Notes under the pieces: model-generated
What the model saw: the letters and a program-made list of their open reading frames with translations, nothing else
Database searches by the model: none
Told to the model about the DNA's origin: nothing
Program-made: the position numbers and the translations under genes
Source: Candidatus Delongbacteria bacterium
GTDB lineage: Bacteria > CAIWAD01
Direction: 5' to 3'
DNA length: 64,000 bases
NCBI GenBank assembly: GCA_963663545.1
Contig: OY760505.1
Coordinates: 2,976,001-3,040,000, forward strand
Shown: positions 57,263 through 64,000 of the stretch, piece after piece
Numbering within the stretch: position 1 is the first letter of the stretch
How the letters are laid out: each line of letters begins with the position of its first letter

Positions 57263-58720
57263 ATGGAGGAGAAGCACACCAACAGAGAAAGCAGCAAAGC
57301 ACATGGTGTGCGCTCACATCGCTTACGCTTGTGGGGCGAGGTATTGACCCTGCTTCCTGCCGATTACGTCGCCATTCACTTCTCTACTTATCTCACCTGG
57401 TGGTTGCGCTTCCGCAGCGGTTTCTTTGCTGATGTTGAGCCCTTTCCCTTGCCGACCACGGCCATTGTTGCGCTTAGTCTCTTCTGGATGTCCATCTTTG
57501 CCCTGCGCGGCCAGTACCGCAAATTGCACGTGATCAGCCGTTTGCGCGCTGTCCAACAGGTGTTTTTCAGTGTACTTGTGGGGCTTATGCTCCTCTTTGT
57601 GCTCACCTTCGAACCCACGCGTCCTTTCAGCGCTGGACGCCTGGCACTGCTGACCTACGGCTTTGGTGTGTTCCTGGGAGCTGGTGCTGGGCGTGTGTTG
57701 TATCGCACGGTGCAGAAGCGCCTGCTGGAACACGGCATCGGCTTGCGTAACACACTGATCATCGGCGATGGTCCATTGGCATCGATCTACGCACGCCAGT
57801 TTCGCGTTCATCCGGGCATGGGGTATCGTGTGCTCGGGCGTGTTACAACCGAGTCCGTGACACAGCCCGGCGAAGGAGTCGACAGCGGAGGCGGCCCATT
57901 TCCTTTGCTTGGCGGTTTATCGGAGCTGCCAGAGCTGATGGATGAGTACGGAGCCCAGGAGCTGCTGCTGACAGAGGCCAATCGCGACGTCCTCTTTGAG
58001 GTAATTCGTGCGGGTGTGTCACAGGGTGCAGAAGTGCTCGTCGTGCCCGATTTGCACGATCTGGTGCTGGGTAATGTGCGTGCTACAGACGTTTGGGGTC
58101 AGCCGACAGTGCAGGTCCTGCCGCATTTGATGGCACCCTGGCAGTTTCTGCTGAAGCGCTTGCTGGACATTGTTGTATCGCTCGTGCTGCTTGTTTTTAG
58201 TGCGCCTCTGTTTCTCGTACTTCCACCGCTGATTCGCTCCGCTTCGCCAGGTGCTCCAGCCTTGTATCACCAACGCAGAATTGGCCGCAAAGGACGTGAG
58301 TTTACCCTGTACAAGTTCCGCACTCTGCACCCGGAGACGAAGGGCGCACTTGCCGCAGCAACACTGGACCAAGATCGCTTGTTCCCGCTAGGGCGGTGGC
58401 TGCGCCGTTATCGCATCGACGAGATTCCCCAGTTCTGGAATATTCTGCGCGGACAGATGTCGCTTGTTGGGCCGCGTCCTGAGCAACGTGGTTTTGTCGA
58501 ACAGTACCTCCGCGATTTTCCGCTATATGCGCGCCGACACAACATTCGTCCCGGCCTAACGGGCTGGGCCCAGGTGCGCCAGGCCTACGACGAGTCTGTA
58601 TCACATCCAGAGGATAAGCTGCGTCTGGATCTTTTCTATCTGCAAAACATGAGCCTCGAGCTGGATCTGAAAATCCTCTTCTTCACCGTTCGTACCGTGC
58701 TGCGCGGCCAGGGCGTGTAA
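57263..58720 (+). CDS. Polyprenyl-phosphate glycosylphosphotransferase (WcaJ/WbaP-like)
   Basis: N-terminal TMs. KRLLDI, KFRT, DEIPQFWNILRGQMSLVGPRP and RPGLTGWAQV. Confidence 0.93.
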   Translation: MEEKHTNRESSKAHGVRSHRLRLWGEVLTLLPADYVAIHFSTYLTWWLRFRSGFFADVEPFPLPTTAIVALSLFWMSIFALRGQYRKLHVISRLRAVQQVFFSVLVGLMLLFVLTFEPTRPFSAGRLALLTYGFGVFLGAGAGRVLYRTVQKRLLEHGIGLRNTLIIGDGPLASIYARQFRVHPGMGYRVLGRVTTESVTQPGEGVDSGGGPFPLLGGLSELPELMDEYGAQELLLTEANRDVLFEVIRAGVSQGAEVLVVPDLHDLVLGNVRATDVWGQPTVQVLPHLMAPWQFLLKRLLDIVVSLVLLVFSAPLFLVLPPLIRSASPGAPALYHQRRIGRKGREFTLYKFRTLHPETKGALAAATLDQDRLFPLGRWLRRYRIDEIPQFWNILRGQMSLVGPRPEQRGFVEQYLRDFPLYARRHNIRPGLTGWAQVRQAYDESVSHPEDKLRLDLFYLQNMSLELDLKILFFTVRTVLRGQGV

Positions 58721-58959
58721 CACAGGATCTGGCACTGAGACGAAGATCCACTCTGTAGGCCGCATCCAACAGCCTTCCCCGCTCGCGCTAGTCTGAGCTG
58801 CTTCAGTGGAACATGCCCTCTATTGCCGAATGCCTGCAGGATCTTTTGCTCGTCTCTGCCGTAGAAGTTGGCTAAAAATGTTAGAGGCAACGAAGAATGA
58901 GTGTGAGGAACTCAGTGGCCATTGCTGCAATGGATTCCAGAAAAGCAGAGGAGGAAGAA

Positions 58960-60141
58960 GTGAGTGAGACACGTGGAAACTTCATGATGCGCTTCCTGCG
59001 CATGGAGGCGGCAGGCGGCATTCTGCTGATGCTGGCAACTCTACTGGCACTGGCGATGGCCAACTCGCCGCTGGAGCGGATGTATTCGCTGTTGCTGAGT
59101 CTGCCACTGACTGTGGGGCTGGGGGAGTTTCTGCTCTCTAAACCGCTTCTGTTGTGGATCAATGATGGCCTGATGGCGGTCTTCTTTTTCCTGATCGGCC
59201 TGGAGCTGAAGCGCGAGCTGCTTGAAGGCGAGCTGGCGAATCCGCGCAACATTCTGCTGCCGGGGATCGGCGCAGTGGGCGGCATGTTGATTCCGGCTCT
59301 GATCTACCTGCTGTTCAATCGCGCGGACGAGATCGCCGTTCAGGGCTGGGCCATTCCAGCGGCCACGGACATTGCCTTTGCGTTGGGTATCCTTTCGCTG
59401 CTGGGGTCGCGCGTGCCCACCAGCATCAAGGTCTTCCTGACTTCCCTGGCCATCTTCGATGATGTGGGCGCCATCCTGATCATCGCTCTTTTCTACACCG
59501 ACAAACTGCTGCTGATGCCATTGGCGATTGTGGGTCTTGTCCTGCTGGTATTGCTCTTCCTGCGCTGGCGGGGCGTGGAATCCATTCCGCTGCATCTGCT
59601 GCTGGGCGCGCTCATGTGGGTGGCCATGCTCAAGTCCGGCGTGCACGCCACCTTGGCGGGTGTGCTGCTGGCTTTCTTCATTCCGCTTGCCTCGCGTCAC
59701 CGAAAGGGGTATTCCCCGCTGCGGAGTCTGGAGCACAGGCTGCACGGCCCCGTGGCCTACGCCATTCTGCCCATTTTTGCATTTGCCAACGCTGGTCTGG
59801 CCCTCGGTGGTGTGGGGCTTCAGGAGCTCCTGCACCCGGTACCTGCAGGTATCGCGCTGGGGCTCTTCGCTGGCAAGCAACTGGGTGTCTTTCTGTTCAC
59901 GGCGGTAGTTGTGCTCCTGAAATGGGCCACCCTGCCGCGGGGTATGAGCTGGTCATCTCTTTATGGCACTGCCGCCTTGGCGGGTGTTGGCTTCACCATG
60001 AGCCTTTTCATCGGATCACTGGCTTTCGAACGAACCGGGATGGATCTGCTCTTTGATGAGCGTCTGGGCATTCTGCTAGGGTCGCTGCTCTCGGGTCTAC
60101 TGGGCTACTTCGTCCTGCGACGCAGCCTGCGTGCAGTATAG
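58960..60141 (+). CDS. nhaA: Na+/H+ antiporter NhaA
   Basis: WINDGLMAVFF, GWAIPAATDIAF, LAIFDD, KSGVHATLAG and GVGFTMSLFI. GTG start after GAGGAGG. Confidence 0.96.
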   Translation: MSETRGNFMMRFLRMEAAGGILLMLATLLALAMANSPLERMYSLLLSLPLTVGLGEFLLSKPLLLWINDGLMAVFFFLIGLELKRELLEGELANPRNILLPGIGAVGGMLIPALIYLLFNRADEIAVQGWAIPAATDIAFALGILSLLGSRVPTSIKVFLTSLAIFDDVGAILIIALFYTDKLLLMPLAIVGLVLLVLLFLRWRGVESIPLHLLLGALMWVAMLKSGVHATLAGVLLAFFIPLASRHRKGYSPLRSLEHRLHGPVAYAILPIFAFANAGLALGGVGLQELLHPVPAGIALGLFAGKQLGVFLFTAVVVLLKWATLPRGMSWSSLYGTAALAGVGFTMSLFIGSLAFERTGMDLLFDERLGILLGSLLSGLLGYFVLRRSLRAV

Positions 60142-60545
60142 CTTTGCCACGATGGCGCACCTGAGCGCCGGATTGGTGGCTGGCAGCGCTTTGTGGCAGA
60201 TCCCGATCTCGATACCGGGTATCAGGCGGAGCTGGGGAGGAGCTCCGACGCGACACTGCTGGAGCTGGATGACATCAGCCACCTGCCACACTTCTTATCC
60301 TTGAAGACTCTCGCAAAGGACTGTTTGGCTCCCTGAACTGAACGTCCAGCTCTATCCATCCAGAATACCCTGCTACCGGTGGTGGCGACTAGCTGCTCTA
60401 CTTTAATAGGAAATATGTTGCGTGAATAAATGGAGAATGTCTTTTAATATGCAAAACACTGCCGGTATGAAGTTTATCTTGGATATTTCAATAAGAAGTA
60501 AATAGTTGTTGTTTGTAATTAGTACTAGGGATTAACAGGTCAAAT

Positions 60546-60905
60546 ATGACGGATATAGCTTACATGGAGTCCGGCAACAGTCGGCAGATCGAGCAGAGCT
60601 TGTGCAAGCGGCTGGAAGCTCTGCGGCTGGCGCGCAATATCACCCAGCAGCAACTTGCCGACGAAGCCGGAGTATCGCTGCGCACCATCGGTCGCATGGA
60701 GAAGGGCCTTGGTGTTTCCCTGGATACTTTCCTACGCGTGCTCATTGCGCTCAGACTGCAGGGCAATCTGGACGCGCTGCTGCCCGATCCGCAAATACGT
60801 CCCATGGAGCGAATCGGTCGCAGGGGCAAAGAGCGCAAACGTGCTCGTCCGAAGGTGACGGAGAACCAGGCTCCTTGGGACTGGGGGGAGGATGAGCAAT
60901 CATGA
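60546..60905 (+). CDS. XRE-family HTH protein (HipB-like antitoxin)
   Basis: RLARNITQQQLADEAGVSLRTIGRMEKG. Overlaps the start of the HipA gene. Confidence 0.88.
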   Translation: MTDIAYMESGNSRQIEQSLCKRLEALRLARNITQQQLADEAGVSLRTIGRMEKGLGVSLDTFLRVLIALRLQGNLDALLPDPQIRPMERIGRRGKERKRARPKVTENQAPWDWGEDEQS

Positions 60906-62200
60906 TTCGTGATGCAGAAGTGATGCTGTGGGGGCGTCAGATCGGCGCCGTCAGCTGGCTGCCCGAGCGTGCCCTTGCTGCCTTTCAGTACGCGCCGGAG
61001 TTTCTAGCCAGCGGCATTCAACTCTCGCCTCTGGTGATGCCGCTGCAGGACACAGTCTACGAATTTCCAGCCCTCGAGCGCGCGAGCTTTCACGGCCTGC
61101 CGGGCCTGCTGGCGGACAGTTTGCCCGACAAGTACGGCCACGCCATCATCGATGCCTGGCTGGCTGCGCAGGGACGCAGTCCGGAGTCCTTCCAACCCGT
61201 GGAGCGTCTGTGTTTCGTGGGCCAGCGAGGCATGGGCGCGCTTGAGTTTCAACCGGCGCTAGGTGAGACGCCGCGTGGTGGGCGCGAACTGGAGCTGGCG
61301 GGTCTGGTGGAGCTGGCCAATCGTGTCCTCGACGAACGAGCGCAGCTGGATGGGCGCTTGCAGGGCGTTGACGACCACGAGGCAATCAAGGACATTCTGC
61401 GCGTCGGCACTTCGGCCGGCGGTGCACGTGCCAAGGCTGTGCTGGCGTGGAATCCGCAGACGGGCAGCTTCCGTTCCGGGCAGGTACCGGTGGACGGGGG
61501 CTACCAGCACTGGATCCTCAAGTTCGACGGCGTATCGACGGCGGACCCGGAGACGGCCACCCCGCAAGGCTACGGGCGAATCGAATACGCCTACCACCTG
61601 ATGGCGCGGGCTGCTGGCATCGAGATGAGCGAATGCCGTCTGCACGAAGAGGGCGGGCGCTACCATTTCATGACCCGACGCTTTGACCGTGATACAAAAG
61701 GCAACAAGCTGCACATGCAATCGCTGGGCGCGCTGGCGCACTTCGATTACCGGCAGCCCTTCGCTTGCAGCTACGAGCAGGTGCTGCAGGTGATGCGCCG
61801 CTTACAGCTGCCCATGCGTGATACAGAGCAGCTTGTGATACGCGCCTTCTTCAATATCGCCGGACGCAACTGCGACGATCACGTCAAGAACATTGCCTTT
61901 CTGATGGACCGCCAGGGCCGTTGGCGACTGGCACCCGCCTTCGACCTGAGCTACGCCTGGAATCCGCAGGGTCTGTGGACGAGCCAGCACCAACTAAGCA
62001 TGAATGGCAAGCGCAGAGATTTCTCTCGTGAGGATCTATTGGGCTTCGCAGGTCTAGCGGGCATCAAGATCCCTCGTGCTCGTCGTCTACTGGATGCGTT
62101 GCTGGACGTGATACAGCGCTGGCCGGAGTTCGCAAGGCAGGCGGGAGTGCCTGAACAGCGGATCACGCAGATCGGTACGCAACACTGCCTATTGACGTAG
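60902..62200 (+). CDS. HipA-family kinase toxin
   Basis: LADSLPD..G, TSAGGARAK, ILKFDG, RFDR, NCDDHVKN and LAPAFDL. Confidence 0.92.
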   Translation: MIRDAEVMLWGRQIGAVSWLPERALAAFQYAPEFLASGIQLSPLVMPLQDTVYEFPALERASFHGLPGLLADSLPDKYGHAIIDAWLAAQGRSPESFQPVERLCFVGQRGMGALEFQPALGETPRGGRELELAGLVELANRVLDERAQLDGRLQGVDDHEAIKDILRVGTSAGGARAKAVLAWNPQTGSFRSGQVPVDGGYQHWILKFDGVSTADPETATPQGYGRIEYAYHLMARAAGIEMSECRLHEEGGRYHFMTRRFDRDTKGNKLHMQSLGALAHFDYRQPFACSYEQVLQVMRRLQLPMRDTEQLVIRAFFNIAGRNCDDHVKNIAFLMDRQGRWRLAPAFDLSYAWNPQGLWTSQHQLSMNGKRRDFSREDLLGFAGLAGIKIPRARRLLDALLDVIQRWPEFARQAGVPEQRITQIGTQHCLLT

Positions 62201-62268
62201 CAGCAGCGAGTCTCGTGCGAAATCGCGAGCTTGACGCAGCAAGAACACAACCCAGCACGAGGCAGACC

Positions 62269-62823
62269 GTGGAGACAATCGCTTTACTGCTCATCGACCT
62301 GCAGCGGGACTACTTCCCCGGCGGGCGCATGGAACTGATCGACATGAATGAGGCTGCGGAACAGGCAGCCAGGCTGCTCGAACACTTCCGCCGACGCAAA
62401 CTGCCCGTGATTCATATACAGCATGTTTCGACGCGGCCGGGCGCTGGCTTCTTCCTGCCCGATACGGAGGGCGTGGAGATTCATCCCACTCTGGCACCGC
62501 TGGATTCTGAGAAGCACCTCATCAAGCACGCGCCGAACAGTTTCCGTGACACAGATCTGCATCGCCATTTGCAGGAATTGAGCATCAGCGAGTTGCTGAT
62601 CTGCGGAGCGATGACGCACATGTGTATCGACACCAGCGTGCGGGCGGCCTTTGATCTGGGCTACACCCTGCGCGTGGCTGCCGATGCCTGTGCCACCCGT
62701 GATCTTGTGTTCCAGGGACAGCAGGTTCCAGCAGCCCAGGTGCAGGCGGCCTTCCTGGCGGCGCTGGCTTCACCCTTTGCCAGGGTGTTGCCGACCTCAG
62801 AGCTCCTGGCCGGGATCGAGTGA
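62269..62823 (+). CDS. Isochorismatase/cysteine hydrolase family protein
   Basis: LLLIDLQRDYF, KHAPNSF, GAMTHMCIDTS and DACAT. Confidence 0.92.
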   Translation: METIALLLIDLQRDYFPGGRMELIDMNEAAEQAARLLEHFRRRKLPVIHIQHVSTRPGAGFFLPDTEGVEIHPTLAPLDSEKHLIKHAPNSFRDTDLHRHLQELSISELLICGAMTHMCIDTSVRAAFDLGYTLRVAADACATRDLVFQGQQVPAAQVQAAFLAALASPFARVLPTSELLAGIE

Positions 62824-62834
62824 GGTGAAGCGCG

Positions 62835-63311
62835 ATGAATGAACTGACCCTGCATCCCATCGGTGTGATACACACACCGCACACCGAGCCGGCACGGACT
62901 CCCATCCAGCCGGTGTATGCCGAGGGCATCCAGGGCGAGGTGGAGGTGAACGCCGCCTTCGCCGATGGCCTGGCTGACCTGGAGGGCTTCTCGCACATCT
63001 ACCTCGTGTATCACTTTCACAAGGCAGAGCAGGAGAAGTTGCTCGTCAAACCCTATCTCGAGGATGTATCACGCGGTGTCTTCGCCACCCGCGCGCCCTG
63101 TCATCCCAATCGCATTGGTTTCAGTGTCGTGCGTCTGCTGGAAGTGCAGGGTAATCGCCTGCTGGTGGAGGATGTGGATATGTTGGACGGTACCCCGCTC
63201 CTGGATATCAAGCCCTATATCGCCCGTTTTGATACACGCACCGACGTCCACTCCGGTTGGCAGGACGGCATCGCGGAGACAACGGCACAGCAGCGCGGAC
63301 GACGAGGGTAG
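62835..63311 (+). CDS. tsaA: tRNA t6A37 N6-methyltransferase TrmO-like
   Basis: GLADLEGFSHI, GVFATRAP..PN.IG and DGTPLLDIKPY. Confidence 0.9.
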   Translation: MNELTLHPIGVIHTPHTEPARTPIQPVYAEGIQGEVEVNAAFADGLADLEGFSHIYLVYHFHKAEQEKLLVKPYLEDVSRGVFATRAPCHPNRIGFSVVRLLEVQGNRLLVEDVDMLDGTPLLDIKPYIARFDTRTDVHSGWQDGIAETTAQQRGRRG

Positions 63312-63769
63312 GACGGCTTTTGCGCAGGCATCCGTTTTTCCTCCGGGATTACACGGAGCGTGCGCGCGGAGTATTGACGGAGGCGGGTCAGCTGCAGCGC
63401 GAATCCGGTCACTTCTGAATGAGCCTCCGTACGAGCAGGCCAACACCTGATCTGACTCTGGCGTGCCGCATCCAGGTCCTCCAGCCTGCAGAGCGCGAAG
63501 ACGGGACCTCGCAGCGCCTGACGGTGAAATGGATTACACGCAGCGAACGATAACCTGGATCAGCTGAGTTATTATTCAGCTTTGGTTAGAATTGCGTTGA
63601 CTTTATTCGTCTGGGCAACTAAACTCAGGCCTTCGGTGCTCAACCAAACCAAATCAGTCCCCCCTGATTTCGTTTCAACCATCCCAACATATATGCGGAC
63701 GACGCCAAGGGTCGGCTCGCACTTGGACCTATTGCTGGAACTTGTCGCAAGAACTGCGGAGACTTGACC

Positions 63770-64000
63770 ATGCAACATCGAATCCTGATCCTGGGCAGCT
63801 TTTTTGCCCTGGTTACGGGCGCCTTCTCCCAAAGCTTGGAGATTCACATCCAGCTTGCCGGTGGCGATGCCGTAACCTTGTCCAGTGAACAGATCCAGCG
63901 GATCGAATTCGGCGCTCTACCTGTGGGTGGTGCGGATACTCAGGGACCTGAGATCCTGACCACCTGCCTGGAGAGCACCGGAAGCGAGGACGCACGATCC
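63770..64000 (+). CDS. Secreted protein, N-terminal part only (runs off the window)
   Basis: GGAG SD, then MQHRILILGSFFALVTGAFS-QSLEIHIQLAGG... with a signal peptide. Open to the window end. Confidence 0.6.
   Translation, partial: MQHRILILGSFFALVTGAFSQSLEIHIQLAGGDAVTLSSEQIQRIEFGALPVGGADTQGPEILTTCLESTGSEDARS

Larger units (their letters stand above)
520..63072. repeat. Highly iterated dispersed motif GTGAYAC / GTRTCAC (usually YGTGAYACR)
   Basis: About 138 copies by manual tally, e.g. 520, 550, 728, 859, 10690, 10708, 10809, 17787, 17820, 17861, 61818, 61835. Found on both strands, in genes and between them. Confidence 0.9.

Noticed and set aside
520..63072. Iterated motif as Chi, KOPS, matS or CRP sites
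   Set aside because: Not strand-polarised. Not arranged as GTGACRNYGTCAC or TGTGA-N6-TCACA. Too abundant within coding sequence.
63572..63847. - strand 91-aa ORF
   Set aside because: Overlaps the better-supported + strand secreted ORF at 63770 and has no recognisable motif. Its lower-GC 3' part could be a remnant, but I cannot support that.

Overview
A GC-rich (~58%), gene-dense chromosomal window from an FCB-superphylum-like bacterium. The lineage is inferred from secreted proteins ending in a 'YPNPFNP...LLK' sorting domain. Most genes are on the + strand. Contents in order: a secreted lysyl-endopeptidase-like protease and a secreted pentapeptide-repeat protein; a Nudix-recJ-xerD-UDG-rnhB operon; two tandem paralogous secreted proteins; a 50-aa basic protein missed by the ORF track; deoB with two microcompartment vertex genes; ABC-F; sppA; yebC-ruvCAB-queA; an RRM protein with ispDF; a PAS hybrid kinase; a UxxC thioredoxin-like selenoprotein; tex; a two-permease RND system; aqpZ; an uncharacterised four-gene membrane operon; rfbB, wza-like and wcaJ-like genes; nhaA; an HTH-HipA pair; an isochorismatase; tsaA. 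No rRNA, tRNA, CRISPR array or transposase was seen. Most notable: (1) a heptamer GTGAYAC/GTRTCAC, about 138 copies by my manual tally, on both strands and inside genes, resembling HIP1 or DNA-uptake-sequence systems; (2) the four-gene membrane operon, preceded by a hairpin array with compensatory changes; (3) the selenoprotein with a SECIS-like hairpin; (4) a probable sigma54-dependent sRNA with an anti-Shine-Dalgarno stretch. All family assignments come from motif recognition, not database searches.
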